In this document: positions 1 through 14,010 of the stretch, in pieces
How positions within the stretch are numbered: the stretch's first letter is position 1
How the letters are laid out: each line of letters starts with the position of its first letter
NCBI GenBank assembly: GCA_964057225.1
Contig: OZ059900.1
Coordinates: 15,314,001 to 15,378,000 of the forward strand
DNA from: Auanema rhodensis
Lineage: Eukaryota > Animalia > Nematoda
Length of the DNA stretch: 64,000 bases
Direction of reading: 5' to 3'
Position numbers and translations under genes: made by a program
The notes under the pieces: generated by a model
The model's database searches: none
The model's input: the letters and a program-made list of their open reading frames with translations, nothing else
What the model was told of the DNA's origin: nothing

Positions 1-44
1 CCATGAGAAATATTTTATTATGCTGGAAAACCAGTTTTTGGAAA

Positions 45-61
45 TTTCGCTGTAAACAAGG
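45..61 (+). other. CENP-B-box-like 17-mer TTTCGCTGTAAACAAGG, once per monomer (first instance shown)
   Basis: It matches 7 of the 9 core positions of NTTCGNNNNANNCGGGN and 11/17 of CTTCGTTGGAAACGGGA. This is motif similarity only; binding is not shown. Confidence 0.4.
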
Positions 62-608
62 TTTTGACTTACGATTTCATGTGTTCAAACTCATGCAATG
101 TCAATGAAACCTAGCTCAAAATTGTTCCTACAACGTCTAGTTCCACTTTCACGACAAAAAACAGGGGTTAGAAAATTAAGGAAATTAGCATATTCTGAGG
201 GCACGCCTCTATGGCTTATATTGATTAAATCGATTTTTGTTCATATGATTCGTCAAATGCATTGAATTTCAGCGTGTTACATACTAAAATGAAGTGTTTT
301 ACATGCTGAACACTAGAAAAATACAAAAACACAGTATTTCCCATGAGAAATATTTTATTATGCTGGAAAACCAGTTTTTGGAAATTTCGCTGTAAACAAG
401 GTTTTGACTTACGATTTCATGTGTTCAAACTCATGCAATGTCAATGAAACCTAGCTCAAAATTGTTCCTACAACGTCTAGTTCCACTTTCACGACAAAAA
501 ACAGGGGTTAGAAAATTAAGGAAATTAGCATATTCTGAGGGCACGCCCCTTATGGCTAATATTGATTAAATCGATTTTTGTTCATATGAGTCGTCAAATG
601 CAACGAAT

Positions 609-651
609 TTCAGCGTGTTACATACTAAAATGAAGCATTTTACATGCTGAA
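609..651. other. Bulged inverted repeat (potential hairpin/cruciform) in each monomer, positions 270-312 (instance shown)
   Basis: TTCAGCGTG pairs with CATGCTGAA (one G:T). An 8-nt bulge (TTACATAC) follows, then an inner stem TAAAATG/CATTTTA closing an AAG loop. Confidence 0.55.
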
Positions 652-3600
652 CACTAGAAAAATACAAAAACACAGTATTTCCCATGAGAAATATTTTATT
701 ATGCTGGAAAACCAGTTTTTGGAAATTTCGCTGTAAACAAGGTTTTGACTTACGATTTCATGTGTTCAAACTCATGCAATGTCAATGAAACCTAGCTCAA
801 AATTGTTCCTACAACGTCTAATTCCACTTTCACGACAAAAAAACAGGGGTTAGAAAATTAAGGAAATTAGCATATTCTGAGGGCACGCCCCTTATGGCTA
901 ATATTGATTAAATCGATTTTTGTTCATATGAGTCGTCAAATGCAACGAATTTCAGCGTGTTACATACTAAAATGAAGTGTTTCACATGCTGAACACTATA
1001 AAAATACAAAAACACAGTATTTCCCATGAGAAATATTTTATTATGCTGGAAAACCAGTTTTTGGAAATTTCGCTGTAAACAAGGTTTTGACTTACGATTT
1101 CATGTGTTCAAACTCATGCAATGTCAATGAAACCTAGCTCAAAATTGTTCCTGCAACGTCTAATTCCACTTTCACGACAAAAAAACAGGGGTTAGAAAAT
1201 TAAGGAAATTAGCATATTCTGAGGGCACGCCCCTTATGGCTAATATTGATTAAATCGATTTTTGTTCATATGAGTCGTCAAATGCAACGAATTTCAGCGT
1301 GTTACATACTAAAATGAAGTATTTCACATGCTGAACACTAGAAAAATACAAAAACACAGTATTTCCCATGAGAAATATTTTATTATGCTGGAAAACCAGT
1401 TTTTGGAAATTTCGCTGTAAACAAGGTTTTGACTTACGATTTCATGTGTTCAAACTCATGCAATGTCAATGAAACCTAGCTCAAAATTGTTCGTACAACG
1501 TCTAGTTCCACTTTCACGACAAAAAAACAGGGGTTAGAAAATTTAGGAAATTAGCATATTCTGAGGGCACGCCCCTTATGGCTAATATTGATTAAATCGA
1601 TTTTGGTTCATATGAGTCGTCAAATGCAACGAATTTCAGCGTGTTACATACTAAAATGAAGCATTTTACATGCTGAACACTAGAAAAATACAAAAACACA
1701 GTTTTACCCATGAGAAATATTTTATTATGCTGGAAAACCAGTTTTTGGAAATTTCGCTGTAAACAAGGTTTTGACTTACGATTTCATGTGTTCAAACTCA
1801 TGCAATGTCAATGAAACCTAGCTCAAAATTGTTCGTACAACGTCTAGTTCCACTTTCACGACAAAAAAACAGGGGTTAGAAAATTTAGGAAATTAGCATA
1901 TTCTGAGGGCACGCCCCTTATGGCTAATATTGATTAAATCGATTTTTGTTCATATGAGTCGTCAAATGCAACGAATTTCAGCGTGTTACATACTAAAATG
2001 AAGTATTTCACATGCTGAACACTAGAAAAATACAAAAACACAGTATTTCCCATGAGAAATATTTTATTATGCTGGAAAACCAGTTTTTGGAAATTTCGCT
2101 GTAAACAAGGTTTTGACTTACGATTTCATGTGTTCAAACTCATGCAATGTCAATGAAACCTTGCTCAAAATTGTTCCTACAACGTCTAGTTCCACTTTCA
2201 CGACAAAAAAACAGGGGTTAGAAAATTAAGGAAATTAGCATATTCTGAGGGCACGCCCCTTATGGCTAATATTGATTAAATCGATTTTTGTTCATATGAG
2301 TCGTCAAATGAAACGAATTTCAGGGTGTTACATACTAAAATGAAGCATTTTACATGCTGAACACTATAAAAATACAAAAACACAGTATTTCCCATGAGAA
2401 ATATTTTATTATGCTGGAAAACCAGTTTTTGGAAAGTTCGCTGTAAACAAGGTTTTGACTTACGATTTCATGTGTTCAAACTCATGCAATGTCAATGAAA
2501 CCTAGCTCAAAATTGTTCCTACAACGTCTAATTCCACTTTCACGACAAAAAAACAGGGGTTAGAAAATTAAGGAAATTAGCACATTCTGAGGGCACGCCC
2601 CTTATGGCTAATATTGATTAAATCGATTTTTGTTCATATGAGTCGTCAAATGCAACGAATTTCAGCGTGTTACATACTAAAATGAAGTATTTCACATGCT
2701 GAACACTAGAAAAATACAAAAACACAGTATTTCCCATGAGAAATATTTTATTATGCTGGAAAACCAGTTTTTGGAAAGTTCGCTGTAAACAAGGTTTTGA
2801 CTTACGATTTCATGTGTTCAAACTCATGCAATGTCAATGAAACCTAGCTCAAAATTGTTCCTACAACGTCTAGTTCCACTTTCACGACAAAAAACAGGGG
2901 TTAGAAAATTAAGGAAATTAGCATATTCTGAGGGCACGCCTCTATGGCTTATATTGATTAAATCGATTTTTGTTCATATGATTCGTCAAATGCATTGAAT
3001 TTCAGCGTGTTACATACTAAAATGAAGTGTTTTACATGCTGAACACTAGAAAAATACAAAAACACAGTATTTCCCATGAGAAATATTTTATTATGCTGGA
3101 AAACCAGTTTTTGGAAATTTCGCTGTAAACAAGGTTTTGACTTACGATTTCATGTGTTCAAACTCATGCAATGTCAATGAAACCTAGCTCAAAATTGTTC
3201 CTACAACGTCTAGTTCCACTTTCACGACAAAAAACAGGGGTTAGAAAATTAAGGAAATTAGCATATTCTGAGGGCACGCCCCTTATGGCTAATATTGATT
3301 AAATCGATTTTTGTTCATATGAGTCGTCAAATGCAACGAATTTCAGCGTGTTACATACTAAAATGAAGCATTTTACATGCTGAACACTAGAAAAATACAA
3401 AAACACAGTATTTCCCATGAGAAATATTTTATTATGCTGGAAAACCAGTTTTTGGAAATTTCGCTGTAAACAAGGTTTTGACTTACGATTTCATGTGTTC
3501 AAACTCATGCAATGTCAATGAAACCTAGCTCAAAATTGTTCCTACAACGTCTAATTCCACTTTCACGACAAAAAAACAGGGGTTAGAAAATTAAGGAAAT

Positions 3601-6600
3601 TAGCATATTCTGAGGGCACGCCCCTTATGGCTAATATTGATTAAATCGATTTTTGTTCATATGAGTCGTCAAATGCAACGAATTTCAGCGTGTTACATAC
3701 TAAAATGAAGCATTTTACATGCTGAACACTATAAAAATACAAAAACACAGTATTTCCCATGAGAAATATTTTATTATGCTGGAAAACCAGTTTTTGGAAA
3801 TTTCGCTGTAAACAAGGTTTTGACTTACGATTTCATGTGTTCAAACTCATGCAATGTCAATGAAACCTAGCTCAAAATTGTTCCTGCAACGTCTAATTCC
3901 ACTTTCACGACAAAAAAACAGGGGTTAGAAAATTAAGGAAATTAGCATATTCTGAGGGCACGCCCCTTATGGCTAATATTGATTAAATCGATTTTTGTTC
4001 ATATGAGTCGTCAAATGCAACGAATTTCAGCGTGTTACATACTAAAATGAAGTATTTCACATGCTGAACACTAGAAAAATACAAAAACACAGTATTTCCC
4101 ATGAGAAATATTTTATTATGCTGGAAAACCAGTTTTTGGAAATTTCGCTGTAAACAAGGTTTTGACTTACGATTTCATGTGTTCAAACTCATGCAATGTC
4201 AATGAAACCTAGCTCAAAATTGTTCGTACAACGTCTAGTTCCACTTTCACGACAAAAAAACAGGGGTTAGAAAATTTAGGAAATTAGCATATTCTGAGGG
4301 CACGCCCCTTATGGCTAATATTGATTAAATCGATTTTGGTTCATATGAGTCGTCAAATGCAACGAATTTCAGCGTGTTACATACTAAAATGAAGCATTTT
4401 ACATGCTGAACACTAGAAAAATACAAAAACACAGTTTTACCCATGAGAAATATTTTATTATGCTGGAAAACCAGTTTTTGGAAATTTCGCTGTAAACAAG
4501 GTTTTGACTTACGATTTCATGTGTTCAAACTCATGCAATGTCAATGAAACCTAGCTCAAAATTGTTCGTACAACGTCTAGTTCCACTTTCACGACAAAAA
4601 AACAGGGGTTAGAAAATTTAGGAAATTAGCATATTCTGAGGGCACGCCCCTTATGGCTAATATTGATTAAATCGATTTTTGTTCATATGAGTCGTCAAAT
4701 GCAACGAATTTCAGCGTGTTACATACTAAAATGAAGTATTTCACATGCTGAACACTAGAAAAATACAAAAACACAGTATTTCCCATGAGAAATATTTTAT
4801 TATGCTGGAAAACCAGTTTTTGGAAATTTCGCTGTAAACAAGGTTTTGACTTACGATTTCATGTGTTCAAACTCATGCAATGTCAATGAAACCTTGCTCA
4901 AAATTGTTCCTACAACGTCTAGTTCCACTTTCACGACAAAAAAACAGGGGTTAGAAAATTAAGGAAATTAGCATATTCTGAGGGCACGCCCCTTATGGCT
5001 AATATTGATTAAATCGATTTTTGTTCATATGAGTCGTCAAATGAAACGAATTTCAGGGTGTTACATACTAAAATGAAGCATTTTACATGCTGAACACTAT
5101 AAAAATACAAAAACACAGTATTTCCCATGAGAAATATTTTATTATGCTGGAAAACCAGTTTTTGGAAAGTTCGCTGTAAACAAGGTTTTGACTTACGATT
5201 TCATGTGTTCAAACTCATGCAATGTCAATGAAACCTAGCTCAAAATTGTTCCTACAACGTCTAATTCCACTTTCACGACAAAAAAACAGGGGTTAGAAAA
5301 TTAAGGAAATTAGCACATTCTGAGGGCACGCCCCTTATGGCTAATATTGATTAAATCGATTTTTGTTCATATGAGTCGTCAAATGCAACGAATTTCAGCG
5401 TGTTACATACTAAAATGAAGTATTTCACATGCTGAACACTAGAAAAATACAAAAACACAGTATTTCCCATGAGAAATATTTTATTATGCTGGAAAACCAG
5501 TTTTTGGAAATTTCGCTGTAAACAAGGTTTTGACTTACGATTTCATGTGTTCAAACTCATGCAATGTCAATGAAACCTAGCTCAAAATTGTTCCTACAAC
5601 GTCTAGTTCCACTTTCACGACAAAAAACAGGGGTTAGAAAATTAAGGAAATTAGCATATTCTGAGGGCACGCCTCTATGGCTTATATTGATTAAATCGAT
5701 TTTTGTTCATATGATTCGTCAAATGCATTGAATTTCAGCGTGTTACATACTAAAATGAAGTGTTTTACATGCTGAACACTAGAAAAATACAAAAACACAG
5801 TATTTCCCATGAGAAATATTTTATTATGCTGGAAAACTAGTTTTTGGAAATTTCGCTGTAAACAAGGTTTTGACTTACGATTTCATGTGTTCAAACTCAT
5901 GCAATGTCAATGAAACCTAGCTCAAAATTGTTCCTACAACGTCTAGTTCCACTTTCACGACAAAAAACAGGGGTTAGAAAATTAAGGAAATTAGCATATT
6001 CTGAGGGCACGCCCCTTATGGCTAATATTGATTAAATCGATTTTTGTTCATATGAGTCGTCAAATGCAACGAATTTCAGCGTGTTACATACTAAAATGAA
6101 GCATTTTACATGCTGAACACTATAAAAATACAAAAACACAGTATTTCCCATGAGAAATATTTTATTATGCTGGAAAACCAGTTTTTGGAAATTTCGCTGT
6201 AAACAAGGTTTTGACTTACGATTTCATGTGTTCAAACTCATGCAATGTCAATGAAACCTAGCTCAAAATTGTTCGTACAACGTCTAGTTCCACTTTCACG
6301 ACAAAAAACAGGGGTTAGAAAATTAAGGAAATTAGCACATTCTGAGGGCACGCCCCTTATGGCTAATATTGATTAAATCGATTTTGGTTCATATGAGTCG
6401 TCAAATGCAACGAATTTCAGCGTGTTACATACTAAAATGAAGCATTTTACATGCTGAACACTAGAAAAATACAAAAACACAGTATTTCCCATGAGAAATA
6501 TTTTATTATGCTGGAAAACCAGTTTTTGGAAATTTCGCTGTAAACAAGGTTTTGACTTACGATTTCATGTGTTCAAACTCATGCAATGTCAATGAAACCT

Positions 6601-7173
6601 AGCTCAAAATTGTTCCTACAACGTCTAATTCCACTTTCACGACAAAAAAACAGGGGTTAGAAAATTAAGGAAATTAGCATATTCTGATGGGCACGCCCCT
6701 TATGGCTAATATTGATTAAATCGATTTTTGTTCATATGAGTCGTCAAATGCAACGAATTTTAGCGTGTTACATACTAAAATGAAGCATTTTACATGCTGA
6801 ACACTAGAAAAATACAAAAACACAGTATTTCCCATGAGAAATATTTTATTATGCTGGAAAACCAGTTTTTGGAAATTTCGCTGTAAACAAGGTTTTGACT
6901 TACGATTTCATGTGTTCAAACTCATGCAATGTCAATGAAACCTAGCTCAAAATTGTTCGTACAACGTCTAGTTCCACTTTCACGACAAAAAAACAGGGGT
7001 TAGAAAATTAAGGAAATTAGTATATTCTGAGGGCACGCCCCTTATGGCTAATATTGATTAAATCGATTTTTGTTCATATGAGTCGTCAAATGCAACGAAT
7101 TTCAGCGTGTTACATACTAAAATGAAGCATTTTACATGCTGAACACTAGAAAAATACAAAAACACAGTATTTC

Positions 7174-10100
7174 CCATGAGAAATATTTTATTATGCTGGA
7201 AAACCAGTTTTTGGAAATTTCGCTGTAAACAAGGTTTTGACTTACGATTTCATGTGTTCAAACTCATGCAATGTCAATGAAACCTAGCTCAAAATTGTTC
7301 GTACAACGTCTAGTTCCACTTTCACGACAAAAAAACAGGGGTTAGAAAATTAAGGAAATTAGCATATTCTGAGGGCACGCCCCTTATGGCTAATATTGAT
7401 TAAATCGATTTTTGTTCATATGAGTCGTCAAATGCAACGAATTTTAGCGTGTTACATACTAAAATGAAGCATTTTACATGCTGAACACTAGAAAAATACA
7501 AAAACACAGTATTTCCCATGAGAAATATTTTATTATGCTGGAAAACCAGTTTTTGGAAATTTCGCTGTAAACAAGGTTTTGACTTACGATTTCATGTGTT
7601 CAAACTCATGCAATGTCAATGAAACCTTGCTCAAAATTGTTCCTACAACGTCTAGTTCCACTTTCACGACAAAAAAACAGGGGTTAGAAAATTAAGGAAA
7701 TTAGCATATTCTGAGGGCACGCCCCTTATGGCTAATATTGATTAAATCGATTTTTGTTCATATGATTCGTCAAATGCATTGAATTTCAGCGTGTTACATA
7801 CTAAAATGAAGTGTTTTACATGCTGAACACTAGAAAAATACAAAAACACAGTTTTTCCCATGAGAAATATTTTATTATGCTGGAAAACCAGTTTTTGGAA
7901 ATTTCGCTGTAAACAAGGTTTTGACTTACGATTTCATGTGTTCAAACTCATGCAATGTCAATGAAACCTAGCTCAAAATTGTTCCTACAACGTCTAGTTC
8001 CACTTTCACGACAAAAAAACAGGGGTTAGAAAATTTAGGAAATTAGCATATTCTGAGGGCACGCCCCTTATGGCTAATATTGATTAAATCGATTTTTGTT
8101 CATATGAGTCGTCAAATGCAACGAATTTCAGCGTGTTACATACTAAAATGAAGTATTTCACATGCTGAACACTAGAAAAATACAAAAACACAGTATTTCC
8201 CATGAGAAATATTTTATTATGCTGGAAAACCAGTTTTTGGAAATTTCGCTGTAAACAAGGTTTTGACTTACGATTTCATGTGTTCAAACTCATGCAATGT
8301 CAATGAAACCTTGCTCAAAATTGTTCCTACAACGTCTAGTTCCACTTTCACGACAAAAAAACAGGGGTTAGAAAATTAAGGAAATTAGCATATTCTGAGG
8401 GCACGCCCCTTATGGCTAATATTGATTAAATCGATTTTTGTTCATATGAGTCGTCAAATGAAACGAATTTCAGGGTGTTACATACTAAAATGAAGCATTT
8501 TACATGCTGAACACTATAAAAATACAAAAACACAGTATTTCCCATGAGAAATATTTTATTATGCTGGAAAACCAGTTTTTGGAAAGTTCGCTGTAAACAA
8601 GGTTTTGACTTACGATTTCATGTGTTCAAACTCATGCAATGTCAATGAAACCTAGCTCAAAATTGTTCCTACAACGTCTAATTCCACTTTCACGACAAAA
8701 AACAGGGGTTAGAAAATTAAGGAAATTAGCATATTCTGAGGGCACGCCCCTTATGGCTAATATTGATTAAATCGATTTTTGTTCATATGAGTCGTCAAAT
8801 GCAACGAATTTCAGCGTGTTACATACTAAAATGAAGCATTTTACATGCTGAACACTAGAAAAATACAAAAACACAGTATTTCCCATGAGAAATATTTTAT
8901 TATGCTGGAAAACCAGTTTTTGGAAATTTCGCTGTAAACAAGGTTTTGACTTACGATTTCATGTGTTCAAACTCATGCAATGTCAATGAAACCTAGCTCA
9001 AAATTGTTCCTACAACGTCTAATTCCACTTTCACGACAAAAAAACAGGGGTTAGAAAATTAAGGAAATTAGCATATTCTGAGGGCACGCCCCTTATGGCT
9101 AATATTGATTAAATCGATTTTTGTTCATATGAGTCGTCAAATGCAACGAATTTCAGCGTGTTACATACTAAAATGAAGCATTTTACATGCTGAACACTAG
9201 AAAAATACAAAAACACAGTATTTCCCATGAGAAATATTTTATTATGCTGGAAAACCAGTTTTTGGAAATTTCGCTGTAAACAAGGTTTTGACTTACGATT
9301 TCATGTGTTCAAACTCATGCAATGTCAATGAAACCTAGCTCAAAATTGTTCGTACAACGTCTAGTTCCACTTTCACGACAAAAAAACAGGGGTTAGAAAA
9401 TTAAGGAAATTAGCATATTCTGAGGGCACGCCCCTTATGGCTAATATTGATTAAATCGATTTTTGTTCATATGAGTCGTCAAATGCAACGAATTTTAGCG
9501 TGTTACATACTAAAATGAAGCATTTTACATGCTGAACACTAGAAAAATACAAAAACACAGTATTTCCCATGAGAAATATTTTATTATGCTGGAAAACCAG
9601 TTTTTGGAAATTTCGCTGTAAACAAGGTTTTGACTTACGATTTCATGTGTTCAAACTCATGCAATGTCAATGAAACCTTGCTCAAAATTGTTCCTACAAC
9701 GTCTAGTTCCACTTTCACGACAAAAAAACAGGGGTTAGAAAATTAAGGAAATTAGCATATTCTGAGGGCACGCCCCTTATGGCTAATATTGATTAAATCG
9801 ATTTTTGTTCATATGAGTCGTCAAATGCAACAAATTTCAGCGTGTTACATACTAAAATGAAGCATTTTACATGCTGAACACTAGAAAAATACAAAAACAC
9901 AGTTTTTCCCATGAGAAATATTTTATTATGCTGGAAAACCAGTTTTTGGAAATTTCGCTGTAAACAAGGTTTTGACTTACGATTTCATGTGTTCAAACTC
10001 ATGCAATGTCAATGAAACCTAGCTCAAAATTGTTCCTACAACGTCTAGTTCCACTTTCACGACAAAAAAACAGGGGTTAGAAAATTTAGGAAATTAGCAT

Positions 10101-11275
10101 ATTCTGAGGGCACGCCCCTTATGGCTAATATTGATTAAATCGATTTTTGTTCATATGAGTCGTCAAATGCAACGAATTTCAGCGTGTTACATACTAAAAT
10201 GAAGTATTTCACATGCTGAACACTAGAAAAATACAAAAACACAGTATTTCCCATGAGAAATATTTTATTATGCTGGAAAACCAGTTTTTGGAAATTTCGC
10301 TGTAAACAAGGTTTTGACTTACGATTTCATGTGTTCAAACTCATGCAATGTCAATGAAACCTTGCTCAAAATTGTTCCTACAACGTCTAGTTCCACTTTC
10401 ACGACAAAAAAACAGGGGTTAGAAAATTAAGGAAATTAGCATATTCTGAGGGCACGCCCCTTATGGCTAATATTGATTAAATCGATTTTTGTTCATATGA
10501 GTCGTCAAATGAAACGAATTTCAGGGTGTTACATACTAAAATGAAGCATTTTACATGCTGAACACTATAAAAATACAAAAACACAGTATTTCCCATGAGA
10601 AATATTTTATTATGCTGGAAAACCAGTTTTTGGAAAGTTCGCTGTAAACAAGGTTTTGACTTACGATTTCATGTGTTCAAACTCATGCAATGTCAATGAA
10701 ACCTAGCTCAAAATTGTTCCTACAACGTCTAATTCCACTTTCACGACAAAAAACAGGGGTTAGAAAATTAAGGAAATTAGCATATTCTGAGGGCACGCCC
10801 CTTATGGCTAATATTGATTAAATCGATTTTTGTTCATATGAGTCGTCAAATGCAACGAATTTCAGCGTGTTACATACTAAAATGAAGCATTTTACATGCT
10901 GAACACTAGAAAAATACAAAAACACAGTATTTCCCATGAGAAATATTTTATTATGCTGGAAAACCAGTTTTTGGAAATTTCGCTGTAAACAAGGTTTTGA
11001 CTTACGATTTCATGTGTTCAAACTCATGCAATGTCAATGAAACCTAGCTCAAAATTGTTCCTACAACGTCTAATTCCACTTTCACGACAAAAAAACAGGG
11101 GTTAGAAAATTAAGGAAATTAGCATATTCTGAGGGCACGCCCCTTATGGCTAATATTGATTAAATCGATTTTTGTTCATATGAGTCGTCAAATGCAACGA
11201 ATTTCAGCGTGTTACATACTAAAATGAAGTATTTTACATGCTGAACACTAGAAAAATACAAAAACACAGTATTTC
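7174..11275 (+). repeat. 6-mer higher-order repeat, period 2051 bp, two copies
   Basis: Copies start at 7174 and 9225. GAAACG/CAGGGTG occurs at 8461 and 10512; TTTTAGCG and AAAGTTCG markers also recur at +2051. Confidence 0.85.
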
Positions 11276-11617
11276 CCATGAGAAATATTTTATTATGCTG
11301 GAAAACCAGTTTTTGGAAATTTCGCTGTAAACAAGGTTTTGACTTACGATTTCATGTGTTCAAACTCATGCAATGTCAATGAAACCTAGCTCAAAATTGT
11401 TCCTACAACGTCTAATTCCACTTTCACGACAAAAAAACAGGGGTTAGAAAATTAAGGAAATTAGCATATTCTGAGGGCACGCCCCTTATGGCTAATATTG
11501 ATTAAATCGATTTTTGTTCATATGAGTCGTCAAATGCAACGAATTTCAGCGTGTTACATACTAAAATGAAGCATTTTACATGCTGAACACTATAAAAATA
11601 CAAAAACACAGTATTTC

Positions 11618-12985
11618 CCATGAGAAATATTTTATTATGCTGGAAAACCAGTTTTTGGAAATTTCGCTGTAAACAAGGTTTTGACTTACGATTTCATGTG
11701 TTCAAACTCATGCAATGTCAATGAAACCTAGCTCAAAATTGTTCGTACAACGTCTAGTTCCACTTTCACGACAAAAAAACAGGGGTTAGAAAATTAAGGA
11801 AATTAGCATATTCTGAGGGCACGCCCCTTATGGCTAATATTGATTAAATCGATTTTTGTTCATATGAGTCGTCAAATGCAACGAATTTTAGCGTGTTACA
11901 TACTAAAATGAAGCATTTTACATGCTGAACACTAGAAAAATACAAAAACACAGTATTTCCCATGAGAAATATTTTATTATGCTGGAAAACCAGTTTTTGG
12001 AAATTTCGCTGTAAACGAGGTTTTGACTTACGATTTCATGTGTTCAAACTCATGCAATGTCAATGAAACCTTGCTCAAAATTGTTCCTACAACGTCTAGT
12101 TCCACTTTCACGACAAAAAAACAGGGGTTAGAAAATTAAGGAAATTAGCATATTCTGAGGGCACGCCCCTTATGGCTAATATTGATTAAATCGATTTTTG
12201 TTCATATGAGTCGTCAAATGCAACAAATTTCAGCGTGTTACATACTAAAATGAAGCATTTTACATGCTGAACACTAGAAAAATACAAAAACACAGTATTT
12301 CCCATGAGAAATATTTTATTATGCTGGAAAACCAGTTTTTGGAAATTTCGCTGTAAACAAGGTTTTGACTTACGATTTCATGTGTTCAAACTCATGCAAT
12401 GTCAATGAAACCTAGCTCAAAATTGTTCGTACAACGTCTAGTTCCACTTTCACGACAAAAAAACAGGGGTTAGAAAATTAAGGAAATTAGCATATTCTGA
12501 GGGCACGCCCCTTATGGCTAATATTGATTAAATCGATTTTTGTTCATATGAGTCGTCAAATGCAACGAATTTTAGCGTGTTACATACTAAAATGAAGCAT
12601 TTTACATGCTGAACACTAGAAAAATACAAAAACACAGTATTTCCCATGAGAAATATTTTATTATGCTGGAAAACCAGTTTTTGGAAATTTCGCTGTAAAC
12701 GAGGTTTTGACTTACGATTTCATGTGTTCAAACTCATGCAATGTCAATGAAACCTTGCTCAAAATTGTTCCTACAACGTCTAGTTCCACTTTCACGACAA
12801 AAAAACAGGGGTTAGAAAATTAAGGAAATTAGCATATTCTGAGGGCACGCCCCTTATGGCTAATATTGATTAAATCGATTTTTGTTCATATGAGTCGTCA
12901 AATGCAACAAATTTCAGCGTGTTACATACTAAAATGAAGCATTTTACATGCTGAACACTAGAAAAATACAAAAACACAGTTTTTC
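11618..12985 (+). repeat. Dimer duplication, period 684 bp
   Basis: The rare variant GTAAACGAGG has its G at 12017 and 12701; TTTTAGCG, CCTTGC and CAACAAAT recur at +684. Confidence 0.88.
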
Positions 12986-14010
12986 CCATGAGAAATATTT
13001 TATTATGCTGGAAAACCAGTTTTTGGAAATTTCGCTGTAAACAAGGTTTTGACTTACGATTTCATGAGTTCAAACTCATGCAATGTCAATCAAACCTAGC
13101 TCAAAATTGTTCGTACAACGTCTAGTTCCACTTTCACGACAAAAAACAGGGGTTAGAAAATTAAGGAAATTAGCACATTCTGAGGGCACGCCCCTTATGG
13201 CTAATATTGATTAAATCGATTTTTGTTCATATGAGTCGTCAAATGCAACGAATTTCAGCGTGTTACATACTAAAATGAAGCATTTTACATGCTGAACACT
13301 AGAAAAATACAAAAACACAGTTTTTCCCATGAGAAATATTTTATTATGCTGGAAAACCAGTTTTTGGAAATTTCGCTGTAAACAAGGTTTTGACTTACGA
13401 TTTCATGTGTTCAAACTCATGCAATGTCAATGAAACCTAGCTCAAAACTGTTCGTACAACGTCTAGTTCCACTTTCACGACAAAAAAACAGGGGTTAGAA
13501 AATTAAGGAAATTAGCATATTCTGAGGGCACGCCCCTTATGGCTAATATTGATTAAATCGATTTTTGTTCATATGAGTCGTCAAATGCAACGAATTTCAG
13601 CGTGTTACATACTAAAATGAAGTATTTTACATGCTGAACACTAGAGAAATACAAAAACACAGTATTTCCCATAAGAAGTATTTTATTATGCTGGAAAACC
13701 AGTTTTTGGAAATTTCGCTGTAAACAAGATTTTGACTTACGATTTCATGTGTTCAAACTCATGCAATGTCAATGAAACCTAGCTCAAAATTGTTCGTACA
13801 ACGTCTAGTTCCACTTTCACGACAAAAAAACAGGGGTTAGAAAATTAAGGAAATTAGCATATTCTGAGGGCACGCCCCTTATGGCTAATATTGATTAAAT
13901 CGATTTTTGTTCATATGAGTAGTCAAATGCAACGAATTTCAGCGTGTTACATACTTAAATGAAGCATTTTACATGCTGAACACTAGAAAAATACAAAAAC
14001 ACAGTATTTC

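Larger units (their letters stand above)
1..6147 (+). repeat. 8-mer higher-order repeat, period 2733 bp (two copies plus the start of a third)
   Basis: The distinctive 340-bp monomer (GCCTCTATGGCTTATA, TGATTCG, GCATTG) starts at 1, 2734 and 5467. Other markers (CCTTGC, GAAACG/CAGGGTG, TTTTACCC, AGCACATT) recur at +2733. Confidence 0.92.

Noticed and set aside
3-107. Short ORF in each monomer (MRNILLCWKTSFWKFRCKQGFDLRFHVFKLMQCQ*); 342 is divisible by 3
   Set aside because: It is only 34 codons, the start is lost in some copies (CCATAAG), and frameshifting indels are tolerated. Frames inspected on both strands hit stops within each monomer.
1-340. Assignment to a named satellite family, species or parent transposon
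   Set aside because: The length resembles several ~340-360 bp invertebrate satellites, but I do not recognise the sequence. No terminal repeats or target-site duplications are visible, so a database search is required.
533-552. Satellite-encoded hammerhead ribozyme (CTGAGGG resembles CUGANGA; one copy at ~6685 reads CTGATGG)
   Set aside because: The required CUGANGA core is not present and I could not build the three stems around a GAAA on either strand. An Rfam/Infernal scan would settle it.
1529-1556. Telomere-like motifs (GGGGTTAG, TTTAGG, TTAGC)
   Set aside because: These are isolated degenerate words, not tandem telomeric repeats, and are expected by chance in AT-rich DNA.
6685-6692. 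Single-base insertion giving a 343-bp monomer (CTGATGGG)
   Set aside because: It is a singleton that could be a sequencing error or a private mutation, with no further structure.
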